This document shows, one piece after another, positions 50,391 to 62,847 of a DNA stretch of 64,000 nucleotides. How positions within the stretch are numbered: the first letter of the stretch is position 1; every line of letters begins with the position of its first letter. This stretch comes from Diadema antillarum (taxonomy: Eukaryota), in NCBI RefSeq assembly GCF_040938485.1, contig NW_027272314.1:310001-374000 (forward strand). Reading direction: 5' to 3'. The notes beneath the pieces are model-generated. The model saw only the letters and a program-made list of their open reading frames with translations. It was not told the DNA's origin and did not search any database. A program made the translations under genes and the position numbers.

Positions 50391-52849
50391 TATCTTCACT
50401 TTCTATTCCAGTTTTATCGTACTTTGTGATTATAGAGTGAATAAATAGATAAATAAACAACAACAAAAAATATACCAAGAGAATCATTGCCAGACAACAC
50501 ATTCATGTACATGTGCTAAGTGTCATGGAAATGCCGTGAGCCTTTCTGAAATATTTTCAATGAAGAAAAGCGTTTAAAGCATTTTCACTTGACCTTTGTC
50601 CTTTGACCCATGCCTCAAAACTTCCTCTGAGAATCATTACGTGGTGAGGTTTAAGGAAAACACCTTCAGACATTGCAGACATATGGGGAAAGAAAGTAAG
50701 AATGTAATGTGTGTTATATGTATTCCGTATTTTGTTTCATCTTATATTATTTACTTCATAACCTAATTTCTCCTTTCTAATTCTTCTACATTAAAGACGT
50801 TTAGCGCTCAGAAACTTTAGTAATAAGCACTCTATACATTATGTTATTATTATCATTATTTAACCTAAGAGCGTTTACCTCGAGCTTTTGTGGTCTCAAG
50901 TTCAAAAGCACAGAACTCTTCGTCCATTCATACATACATATGCCAAGTTTCGTTTCTAAAATCTCAAACGGTGATTAAGTTACGCTTTTCACAAAATAGC
51001 GTGATTGTGAACGGAAAGGAGAATGGACGAACAACCCGAAAACTTAATGCCTCCGTTGACACTGCGTGACGATGGCATAAAAACAGATGTGAAGCGATCG
51101 AGTCCTGTCAATCAAAATAAAAGAGAAATTATTTCAGGTTAAAGAATACATTCAATGAATTTTGAAAGCTACACTTATAAGGGGATTACAGATTTAAGAT
51201 GCATTGACCATAGTGGTTCTCCATGTTCACAGGCGCTCGACAAATCCCAATGACAGGCAACGTGCTGTCGCACATCTGATTAGCAGCAGTGAAATTCCCT
51301 CCGACAAAGTCCAGCCCTTTTTTCTGCCATAAAAAAGGAAGAGGAATTCGATTGATAACATGGAAATCAATAAGTAAATTGGGAACCAGACAATCAAAAA
51401 ACGGCGCTCAAGAAGAGTGAAGATGATGTTCTCTGGCATTCGTGATATGCAAATTAATGTGCGCAAACTCAGTCATTTCAGCATGCAGAGCTGTTCAAAC
51501 GTACACGCGTCACGAAGAACAAACAGAAACGAATGATGGGGGGGGGGGGGGCTGCGCGATGAATTGACAGTTCCATTAAAACACCGAATATTGTTTGTAT
51601 TCCCTACTTTTTGTCATTCACCGGGGTGGGGAGGGGGGGGGGGTAACAATGGGTCATCGGTCATATTTCATGTCTGTCTGTGGTACATGATGTAAACATA
51701 TAAGACAGACGCGAGGAAGTTTAGCCTCAGAGTGCCATCCAGCTCATTCGAAGAAAACCGTTGTAGCAGATATTTCCTCTGCCTTTCTCAAATTTACCAG
51801 ATAATTGTTCAGATGTTCTTAACGCCGGAGTTAAGTTTGCTGAGGTAGCATTTTCATCGACATCAAGTGAGGAGCAAGAAACAGACGTGTTGTTACAGGA
51901 GACGATCTACCGGAGGCCAATTAAAATTGCTCCGAAAACAGGTAAAGGAGAGGAAACGAGCAGATATTGGTGATCATTTAATATGTTCTATTTCAGCCAC
52001 AAATAGGCACGATTACCACCTATTTTTTTCGTAGCCATTTCCTATTTTCTTATGTCAATATTTCTTGAGTTTCTCACATCAAAGGGAATCATCAGTATTT
52101 TTTGTGCCTATGCTTGGTTGTCTTAATGGTGATTTTGAAGTAGAAGATAACCCTACAAGTTGTGTTGATTTATGAATTATATACATTAAGCCCGGTCCCT
52201 TCAAGCTCGTACTTATGTGATACCTCTTAGTGCCAAAATTTGACCTTGTCTTAGAGAAAAAGCTTGCAAAAAGTAGAGAATAATGCATCTTTTATTCTTA
52301 CGAATGCAGAATCTTTTCCGCTGGGATGAAGAATATAGGTTAATGCATCTTTTATTTGTACCGTTGAAGAGTCTGTTCCTATACCATAAAATAACCTAAA
52401 ATACCGGAATGCTGTATCTTGCTGAGATCTATTTGATATCTCCAGGAAGGTCTACACGAGGCTATCCAGTACTGTACAGTGATCACTTTCGATTGATTGC
52501 TCAAGGCAGTCAGGTTTACTATTTCGTGTCGGAATCAATATTAGTTTGATGTGCCTGGTATGCTACAGATTTACCCTAATACTATTTACGTTTTAAAAAA
52601 AAGGCTTGAATCTTGATGCTTTAGTTAAGTCAAGGACAATCACACACACGCACACACACAATCACACACCCATATTTCAATGAATGATCCGAAAGCGTTA
52701 TGCTCTCTGAAGATGGAAGTTAACTTCATTTCTTTTTCTTTCCAATGGTCAGCAACTCCATATGCGAACAACACGACCAGTTTACTGAGTAATCGAATTC
52801 TTCGTCCGTGTCATTTAAACATCACTCCAAGGGTTCACTCTAAGGAATC

Positions 52850-54025
52850 ATGAACAGATCAGAAGGGACAATAGCCATCAGTGCTCCTGAACCAATGGTC
52901 AGCTACAGCTTTCTAAGCACTGTGTGCCTTTCCTTCGCTACCATCTTTACCAATATAATCATCGTGCTGGCATTCGCTGTCCAGAAGAGGCTCTGGACGT
53001 ACACCAATTATTACATCTTTAATATGACCATTGCTGATTTACTGGTCGGCGCCATGGTCATGCCCATTCGTTCGACCATCATCCTTTACGATAGATGGGT
53101 GTTTGGGGATGTGGAAGGAGCAGTCTTCTTGATGGTGCAAAATACGAGTTTGGGTGTTTCGGTCATGGGCGTGGTGATTATTACCATTGACCGTTACCTA
53201 GCAACGTTCCATCCCATGAAGCACTACACGAAAAGGAGCATTGGGAAAGCAAAGGTTATCAACTGTGTCACTTGGCTGTTACCTTTCGTCGTTTGGCTCT
53301 TCTTGAATGTGGTCTGGAATCTTTTGGACCCAACAGGTGAGACCACGGCTGTCGGGCTACCAAGGCCCAATCACTCAAGGGCATTTGGTTCTGCTCTTAT
53401 GGTCTTTTGCATCCGATTCGCAGTGCCATTCGTAATCGTCATAACCCTCTACATAAGGATCTATCTTCGTGTCCGGACGGCTCTAAGAGTGCGATTGTCT
53501 ACGTCATCGGCCATGATCTCCCAAAAGTACAGTTATGAGCAAAACGGCAACGAAGGACCTTCACAGGGAATCACCACCATATCAGCTAAGGTGTCTAAGG
53601 AGAAGCGTAGAGATACGACCACAGGAAGTGCCCCGAAGCAAGAACGACGGAACAGCCTTTGTTCTAAAATCGATGGGGAAGGAAAAAGTAAAGGCTTGAA
53701 ACTATTCTACTCTAACAGGGGAAAACGTAGTCAAGAGCCCGTGAAGACCAAGGGCGAGTCACCAACGGAAAGCCGCAAAGCTATGCGGACACTGTCGTTC
53801 ATCGTGCTAACCTACACTGTGACCTGGCTCCCACTCGCCGTCAGTACTTCTTTGTACAGCATCTCTCCATCTGTGTACTACAAGGTGAACGACACCATAG
53901 AGTTAAACGAGGTAGCGAGGTGGATGTCCTTCAGCAACAGCATGTTCAACCCGCTGGCGTATGCCATGGCGCAGCCACTGATCCGGGAAACGATCTTTCA
54001 GCTCTTCTGCAAAAGATGCCGATAA
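52850..54025 (+). CDS. Class A GPCR paralogue 3, 391 aa
   Basis: Same 7TM motifs (IAD, DRY, TWLP, NPLAY, FCKRCR). Candidate donor CAG|GTAAAG at 51941 and acceptor at 52752. Confidence 0.95.
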   Translation: MNRSEGTIAISAPEPMVSYSFLSTVCLSFATIFTNIIIVLAFAVQKRLWTYTNYYIFNMTIADLLVGAMVMPIRSTIILYDRWVFGDVEGAVFLMVQNTSLGVSVMGVVIITIDRYLATFHPMKHYTKRSIGKAKVINCVTWLLPFVVWLFLNVVWNLLDPTGETTAVGLPRPNHSRAFGSALMVFCIRFAVPFVIVITLYIRIYLRVRTALRVRLSTSSAMISQKYSYEQNGNEGPSQGITTISAKVSKEKRRDTTTGSAPKQERRNSLCSKIDGEGKSKGLKLFYSNRGKRSQEPVKTKGESPTESRKAMRTLSFIVLTYTVTWLPLAVSTSLYSISPSVYYKVNDTIELNEVARWMSFSNSMFNPLAYAMAQPLIRETIFQLFCKRCR

Positions 54026-55125
54026 ATCTGTCCAAGCAAGAAGGCGATTGTCTCACCTCTCTTGTACAAGAAACGATTGTGCCATGCATGTCCTTTTACT
54101 ACGTTTAAGTTGTTGTACGTCAGCAAATTAAAACCAGAGTAATCGAATATTTAGAGATTTCTTCAAAATCATACATGAAATACAAATGTTATGGAATGTT
54201 CAGTTTCCATGATTCCATGAAATATTGACTATATTATTAATCACAGTATGAGACTTTAAGTATTATGAGAATAATGCCATGTCCTCACAAGACGCGCATT
54301 CACCAACGCACAATCTCCACGAAATTTATTTGTTTAGGATGTTTTGTGTAGTGTGTGTGTGTGCGTGTTGCAGTAAACTAGCAATATTATCGTTTAAAGG
54401 GGAAAAGGCTTCTAGTTTTTGAATTATCTGACAAAAATGAATTGGCCAAATATGATTTTAATGAACACTTTCAAATAAGAGAATTATGATTTGGCAACAC
54501 TGATCGATACTTCAACTAACTACCAGATGTATTCCGACCGAATATCATTGCTCTCTAAAACACATAAAAGAAACGTTCATCCTTATAACCTAGCTTAAAT
54601 AATTATACTTTTGCATTAAAACTAACTTGAACATTGTACGAGTTTGCAATTTAAGACAGCAAGCGTGGTGCGGATACAACTAAAGTCACTGCATTGGCAA
54701 TTATGTAATCACAAGTTTACAAATTTACTCTTCCCTGTTTTTCATGAACATGATAACACATTGGATATTTTGCAGTGGTCCTTTCGAGTAATGTTTCACG
54801 ATTGCTGTCGTTGGGGCCATAGCCCATCAAAACGTTTCTTGAAATAAACAGTACCTTATTTAGGTTATTCTGTGATGTACGATTATTCTCAAGGTGAACA
54901 TAAACACCACTAATAATCAGCGGAAGCATGCCTTAAGAAAGGCATAGTCTATAATTAACACAAGTCTTTAACGAGAAAGATAACCTGTTGTTGTTCTTGT
55001 TCCATCAATGCTGCTCGTGTTTGTCGGAATTTAAAGACATACCTTTGCTTACTTAAATGTTATACTGTATTATGTCAGGTTAATTTCATTATGGCCTTAA
55101 ATAACGTAAAATACAATGTATAGTA

Positions 55126-58100
55126 TTCAGTTCAGTTCAGTTCAGTTCAGTTTTTATTTCTGCATTTCAAAATCAATACAAATCAACAAATCAACAAAAT
55201 ACTTACATAGTCATTTACACAGCTAATATTCGTAACGTTTGGATCTTACATACATTTTCTTTTTTTTTTTCAAGAACGAATATCATATATGAAAGGAAGC
55301 AATAGGAAATGATAAAAATGAAATGCAGGGGACCATCATCATAAGCTAAGCTTGACGAGGATGATGGCCCCAGGTAAAGAGATACATAAAGAAAATCTTG
55401 CCACTCACTGAGTGGGGGGTAATTGTGCAATGGGCTCAACGAAGAGATACATAAAGAAAATCTTGCCACTCACTGAGTGGGAAGTAATTGTGCGAAGGGC
55501 GTGTGGTGCAGTGCGGTGTGCATTGTGTTGGGATGAATCTTGGTTTGTACGTTGAGTGATTATTTTGTGTATCAGTGTGATGAGGTGAATGTTACTTCAG
55601 TTATGGCCGTGAACTCATTGTTTAGGGTGTTTGTTGACCAGGTGGTATGAATATTTATGTGTCAGAAGTATACTGGATTATGAGGGTGTTTTTTAGTTCT
55701 CGTTTGAAAATGTTCAACGACGTACGTTGTTTTAAATTAGGGGGTAAAGAATTCCAAATATCTGGTCCATTGTGCTTTAATGATTTTTGAGCTAAAATGA
55801 TTCTGGGGTTTTCGAGATGGTAATCGGACGACTGACGTGTTGGATATGAATGAACGGTGAAATTTGGAGTGAAGAAGCCATCAAAAATTTTTGGAAGACA
55901 ATTAAATGTATATTTATACATAAAAACAGCAGTTTGAAAGGTGTGAAGATCCTCAATTTTCAATGTTTTTAGTTGACGAAATAGGGGATTGGATGGGGAT
56001 AAGTAACGGGAATTGGTAATCAAACGTACAGCACGTTTTTGGAGAGTAAAAATAGGATTAATTTTAGTTGAGCCACAGTTTCCCCAAGCGATATTGCAGT
56101 ATGTGATATGTGGTAAGATCAATGCATTGTATAGAATAGTCAGGGAATTTTGAGAAATGAAGTTTTTCAGTCGATATAAAATTCCTACAGTTCTTGAGAC
56201 AGACGTGTGGATATTATGAATGTGATCGTTCCAAGTTAAACTCGAGTCAATTGTGATTCCTAAGAATTTAGTAAATCTTACTTCAGTTAAAGATAATCCA
56301 TCAATATTGATATTATAACTGCTGTTAATGTTCTGTGAAGCAGTAGGTTTGAAACGTATAAAATTTGTTTTAGAGACATTAAGGGATAATTTATTACATA
56401 TAAACCATCGGGAGACTTTGTCTATTTCCGTGTTCAGAGTATTAAACAGTGTTTCAAGGTTCTCATGGGAGTAAAAAATATTAGTATCATCCGCAAAAAG
56501 TATAAATTTAAGAGTTTTTGATGTATTTATTATATCATTAATATATACAAGGAACAGTAGGGGGCCAAGAATTGATCCCTGGGGAACACCACATACAATA
56601 TTAGAATTCGGAGATTTAGATGACTTAAATAGTACATATTGCTTTCTGTTGGATAAATAATCAATAATGCAAGAAAGTGCTACACCACGAATACCATATC
56701 TTTTTAATTTGTAAATTAATATATCATGATCTATGGTATCAAAAGCCTTTGATAAATCCATGAAAATTCCTATAAAATGTTTTTTATTTGCAAAAGATTC
56801 AGTAATCTTATCTAACAATTGAATTATAGCTAAATCGGTGGAATGGCCCTTTCTAAATCCAAACTGATTAGGTATAAGTAGGTCATTTACATGAAGAAAA
56901 ATGTACAGGCGTTTATGAATAATTTTTTCCAGAATTTTAGAAATACTAGGTAATAACGATATTGGTCTATAATTTGTTAAAAGAGAAGGGTCGTCTTTTC
57001 TTTTGAAAATTGGAACTACTTTCGCAATTTTTAATGAGTTTGGGCATATTCCAGAAGACAGTGACAGATTAAAAATGTAAGATAAAGGTGTGGTTATTTG
57101 TTTGATGATTTTCTTCAGTATATAAACACTTATTTCATCATGGCCACTAGATCTACTTGGCTTTAATCTGTTAACAATCTCCAGTATTTCTTCCTCATCT
57201 GTTGGGGTAAAGAAAAGGGATTTGTCGCAGTTTGGTGGAAGAAATTCAGTAAAGTTTGAACGAACATGTTTGTTTTTTATTTTTGAAGCTAATTGGGGGC
57301 CAATATTTACGAAGTATGAGTTAAAAGCATCAGATATTTCATCAGGGTTTATGAGTTCTTTGTTGTCATTATAAAAAACGGACGATGTTTCCTTATTATT
57401 TTTACCTGTTATTTCATATATAGTTTCCCATAAACCATTTACGTTATCCTTTTGATTATCAAACTTATCAGAATAATACATTTTACGAGAAATACGAATC
57501 AAATTACTGAGTATATTTCTATACTTTTTGTAATCTGTAAAATGTTTTGTATTGTGGGTAGTAATCACCAGTTTATACAATTTATTACAGGTTTTTATTG
57601 AATTGATGATTCCCTTTGTAATCCAGGGATGTTTGTTCTTTCTGCGTGTTTTTTTCTTAACTAAAGGAATGTTTTTTCGATAATAATATAAAAGTTTATC
57701 TATAGGAAAATATCATAAGCTTTATCGGCGTTATTTTGAAGATACACTTCTTGCCATTCTTCCTTCACTAAATCAAGATTAAGTAATTCAATATTCTCGT
57801 CTGATTCTTTTCTGTACATTATCGGCCTGGGTTTTGAAATACTTTTGACGTTTTCAGAATAACGAAGAATAATGAATATCGGTAAATGATCAGATATATC
57901 ATAATATAAAATACCATTAATGAATTTATTTACAGAAAAGTTATTAGAAAAAATATTATCCAACAATGTTTTAGATGTTTGGGATATTCTTGTTGGGTTA
58001 TCAATATGGGAATGGAAAGCATATGAAAAAAGAATAGTTTTTAATTTTACCGCTAAAATATCTATTTTCGTCATGTCAATATTATAGTCGCCCATAATAT

Positions 58101-58740
58101 AAATTTCCTTATTTTCTTGTGTAATCGTGTTGAGGCATTCATCAAAATTTTCTAAAAACATTTCGGTTTTATGATTTGGTGGCCTGTATATAACACCAAT
58201 TATCTTATTTTTCATTTTATCATTAATGATTTCCACAAACAGGCTTTCACAACCTTCAATATCAATATCAGTTCTTATTTTTACTCGCAATTCGTTATAT
58301 ATATATAGGGCTACCCCTCCCCCTCTACCTCTCTTACGATCAGAGCGAAATATTTTATATCTATCAAGGCTAAACAAATTTGGAGACGTGTGCCCTAGCC
58401 AAGTTTCAGTTATACCGATTGCGGAAAAGGGAAAATTTTGTAAAGAAAGAAGAAGTAGTTCAAATGAATCAAAATTTTTCTTTAAGCTTCTAGCATTCCA
58501 GTGGAATAAGCTAAAATCTTTAATGGGGTTATAATTAGTGTCATCATTCCTATTTGTGGAATTACTACGGGAATTATTAACATGACTTGCAGTGGAATCA
58601 AGTGAAGATTTGAACATATTATTGAAATCCGAAATAGTGTAGTATTTACTGTGATTACTTATGATACCCTGGTCATTCGTCATTGGACAAGAGTATGATT
58701 AGTCACTTTTGGTGTCTATGCAAGCCATATTTGAATACAT
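55126..58740 (-). mobile_element. Second CR1-group LINE (different family), ORF split by one 2-bp frameshift
   Basis: EN 57700-58683 and RT 55655-57700. 3' UTR stem-loop at 55328-55371. AATAAA plus (CTGAA)5 tail at 55126-55157. Confidence 0.9.
55655..58683 (-). pseudogene. LINE APE-RT ORF disrupted at 57701-57702
   Basis: EN motifs HWNARS, ITETWL, GGGVALY, YRPP, GDYNID, SDHLPIF. RT motifs PWIT, YRPISLL, DLSKAFD, GVPQGSILGP, FADD. Removing an extra TA fuses AYDIFL to DKLLYYYRKNIPL...HPWITKG in frame. Confidence 0.9.
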
Positions 58741-61049
58741 ATAATAACATAAAGATACGTATATACACAAATAGTTTAGTACACTGAAGTGTAACATAAC
58801 ATGTCATTACGAAAAGTGATCTTCGGCATAGATATTCATTGCACTTACCACATAGTCTTGAAAGGGATTATCTATGTGCTTTTTGGAACTTTAGTTATCT
58901 GATTACATCATGTCAATCACTTGACTTCCTCGTGACTTCCTCGTGAATGTCAAGAAAAAATAGAATGATTTTAATATATAGTTGAAATTATTTTCGAGAA
59001 CTTGAAGGTAATCAATTACTTATGACCCTATTGTGGCCTATAAACAGTGAGAATCCCGTAGATATCATACTACATACGACACCAGACGTTCAGTTAGGCG
59101 TCATCTGAACGATTTTATTTAAAATTCAGAAACAAAAATGTTTTTATGTCACTCATATTTTAACTATTCACATATGTAAGGGTGAACAAAACTTCTTTGT
59201 CATTAATTAATTACACAAGAATCTTATTATACAATATTCCTAATGGTACTGTTACTCATAGATGTATTCTAATTTGCAAGATGATATAATGTATATTATA
59301 CTATGAACTTAATGAAGCAAAGCTTTTGTTTTTGCTTTTATTTGTGCAAGCACAAGCTTACTCACTCAAACATGCAAATGTTAATACACATAATTAAAGT
59401 ATGCAAAAACGTGATGTGAATGTGTATACTACTTAAGTGCACTACTAATAATCTAGTGAGCCTATATATTAAGTGATGAAATGTCTAAAAACCTCAGAAA
59501 GGCTTTTTGGTTCTCCCAACAAACGTTGTATTTTTAATATATTTTTGTTTGTTTTATTTACGAATTCCTCACAGATTTAGCTCAAATGATTTGTATGCTG
59601 GTCTGAGTGTGTATAAGAGTACAATAAAAATTTTGAGGAAAGTTAAATAGAGGATCGATTTATATCATACACTTGTGTCTCAAGTCAAACAGAGTTGTCC
59701 TGTCAAATCAAATCAAATCAAATCTTAAACGATGAAATAGTGCTCACCATGGGAATTTAAAGTGCTTCATGAAAGAAGCATTATGTAAATTCTTTTCAAC
59801 AGTTTTGTTTTCAAGCTTTCTTGGCTGACTTTTTGTTAAATGATATTCCATTAAATCATTATTGGTGCGTGTTATAATACAAGATTAATGACTGAAGTAA
59901 ACAAAGATATGAATGAACATAGAACCTGCTAGAGAAGTTCAAGAAGAAGTATATGGAAATAATATGATACCCACACGCATTGCTAGAGTATCAAGTAGAC
60001 CACACATAAGCCTTATACACTTTCACAATGTCTCATTGAGTGGTATATTATTTTGTATGCAGTGTTGAAGAATTGCCCATAAACTCTCAATCTTTGAAAA
60101 TGATAAAGTCAGAATATCTGGTGCTTTCATATTACGTGGAAAATTAAAAGTACAAAAAAAGTAAAAGCAAAAAGAAAAGTATTCTTTAGCCGAACCATCA
60201 TCTGATGTTCAATATCACTGCTCCTTTTAATTGATATAGCCATTCTGATTAGTGAAATGCATAATTTAACATTTGCAGATGAAACAAAAACGCAGCACTA
60301 ATGCTTTAAAACTGTTCTAAGATGTGAGTTAGGGATAGAAACAACCACTGAGATAGATTGAATCAGTAAAATCGATGTTAAGTATTGTTAGATATACAAA
60401 ATGTGAACGATAGTTCTAAAAGTGTTTCCAGACTAAACTGTCTACAGTTACTGGTTATTGAGAAAAATACAGACATCTCCTTATATTTTAGGTTTTATTG
60501 GGAAAAAATATATATTTGAGGGTGTTTGTGGTACAACAGACATACACAAATGCATGAAAGGTGATATCTTTAACATTTTTCAAATCAGTGCTCCCAAAGG
60601 TAAACTGAACCTTCAACGGAGAAAGAAAGAATAATGCAATTACATTTAAAGAATGATACCCTATGTAACCCGTACATTTTCTGACAGTTCATCTCGTTTG
60701 TTACTATTCAGATATCACTTGAGGGTTTAACAGTTAGATTCATCTAAGGTTGAACAATGGAAATTCGGGAAGATTTTTGTCAAGCGTCAACAGAGTTGCA
60801 TTATTCCTTCTTCACATACCATTTTTTGTGAGACTTAAACTGGTCTTATTAGTTCTAACGCACAACCGCCCCTCCTAACACTAGGCTACCATCAACCTCG
60901 GAATCATATTGTGTACAGATATTAGGCAACGTCAAACCCAAAAGTAAAGGTCCCTCAAATGAAAATGTTAAAAGCAAACAGCCTAATGTCTTCCTGTCAA
61001 CGTATAATGCACGGGTAATGTGTCTTTGATTCAAGACGTTATAATTTAC

Positions 61050-61336
61050 TTAATATTCATCGAGATAAGCTACAGCGATCTGAACGGCAGTCGTAAAATT
61101 TTGCGGAATGAAAGTGTAAGATCGGTTGGGATGAGCGTAATCCGCAATAACCGAAACGCCTTTGAAGGTTTCGCTGCTGGCAAAATAGATTGTTCCTTTG
61201 TATACCGCTGGAAAAAGCAATCTCTCCTGGCCGAACAGAATCTCAGGCCCTGCGAACTCTACTGCTGGTCCAGCGCCATCCATGCTCATGAAGAATGTCT
61301 GCCGGTGTTGCCCGTCACAAAAGATTAGGTTTCCCT
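61050..61336 (-). CDS. YWTD/LDLR class B beta-propeller protein, terminal coding exon
   Basis: Acceptor TTTAACCTGCAG (61337-61339), phase 1. Translation (E)GNLIFCDGQHRQTFFMSMDGAG...KGTIYFAS...AYLDEY*. Confidence 0.8.
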
Positions 61337-61639
61337 CTGCAGGTTAAACGAATGCAAAGATAAACGTCGATCGAACGTCTATGAAATTCATGTCACATTT
61401 GTACTCTGATACATTGTGTCTAAGGAAAAGATTTGAAAATGTATTAGATAATCATGATATCCGACACAGAAAACAAGAGTATTCAGACGTTATAATCTGA
61501 CTTCTAGAGCTTTGACCCCCACCCACATCAAAAGAAAAAAAAAGCGGCCGAAAGAGAGAAAGAAAGACGAAATAAACAAGAGTTGGTAGAAAATTTCGGC
61601 AGGCAAGGGCCTTAATTTCTTTCTTCAGTCTAGACATCG

Positions 61640-61960
61640 TGGCTTATAACGCCACAACGAACGCCATCATGAAGTAAACAGAATTCAGGACAGCAGTGAA
61701 ACTCTGAGCATTATTCAAGAATGTTAAAGAAATCTGGAACGAAATGAATGTTATCAACCATCGAACCATGCCAGTATCTGAATTTACTGTTTTCTTGATA
61801 TATGCTTGTGGCAATGTTTCCTTTATACTCTGACATTGTTAAACGAGCTGATGAAGCGTCCAGGATCGGACGTGAAACCATTCTTGGAATTAAAACAGTA
61901 AGTTCAGATGAATTGATTTCATTTTTGCACCTTTACTCTGGCTTATGCAACTTCGTTCTA
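61640..61960 (+). mobile_element. Penelope-like element terminal fragment carrying a hammerhead-ribozyme-like motif (61844-61886)
   Basis: CTGATGA-A-GCGTCC-AGGATC-GGACGT-GAAA-C core, the layout typical of Penelope pLTR hammerheads. Boundaries are approximate. Confidence 0.5.
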
Positions 61961-62722
61961 TCTCACTCCCAGGAAATGGTTTTAGGACCTATATAGTGCA
62001 ATCCCATTATAACAAAGTCCTCGGGACCGATGGTTCTTTTTTGTTACGTCGAAATTTCGTCACGGCCGAACAGTATATATAATTGATAAGTTAGGGACCC
62101 GAACTTTGACTTCGTTGTGACGAGAATTTCGATGAAATCGTGTTCAATATTACGGTGGTGCACTGTGTGATGTATATGATGAAAGAATGACGCTGGAGAT
62201 AATGTCGAAAGTATAATGACAATTCACACCCTTAAAAAAAAAACCCCGCAGTGTCGTGAGTTGAATATTCACAACTTCCTTTGAAACTTCGCAAAACGTG
62301 ATCTTCTCCTAGTTTTGTCGCAACGTTTGCCCACAGCTTCTCCTTTCAATCATGTGTCCTTATATCTATCGCATAATAATCCTTTGAAATAAGTTTAGTA
62401 ACAAGAAAAACTGCCACAGTCTGAAAGTTATTCTGAACTGTAAGTGTAAACCGTGAAACCATCCGCAGAAGTTCTAACAGAATTTTTGTATCACCATTAA
62501 ATCATTTGAGTTAAAAACTGCGGCATGAAACTCAACTGAAATACATTAATGCGGTTGTAAATAATTATGATTACTCAGCTTCATCGCTTCGTGTATGGAT
62601 GCTTGAAACCGAATGAAGTCTTGCGTTGTTGGATCAGTATCCATACTAATTTTCGGATAATCCCGCTGTGGTTCACTTTCAACCAATAAACGTGGGTAAG
62701 TTAGAAAATAGCTTTCACTTAC

Positions 62723-62847
62723 CTACTGTGTCAATTGCAAGACCGGATATTGAGGAATAGGTTGGATTGTGGTACAGTTGAACGTTATTTCCTGATTTAT
62801 CGAGAGCTCGCCTGTAGACCGAATATTGCTGTGTCCAATAGAGAAAA
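62723..62847 (-). CDS. YWTD beta-propeller protein, internal exon (125 nt)
   Basis: Acceptor CTTTCCTTGCAG (62848-62850) and donor GTAAGT (62717-62722). Translation (G)FLYWTQQYSVYRRALDKSGNNVQLYHNPTYSSISGLAIDTV. Phases 2 and 1 match both neighbours. This frame is not in the ORF track. Confidence 0.85.
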
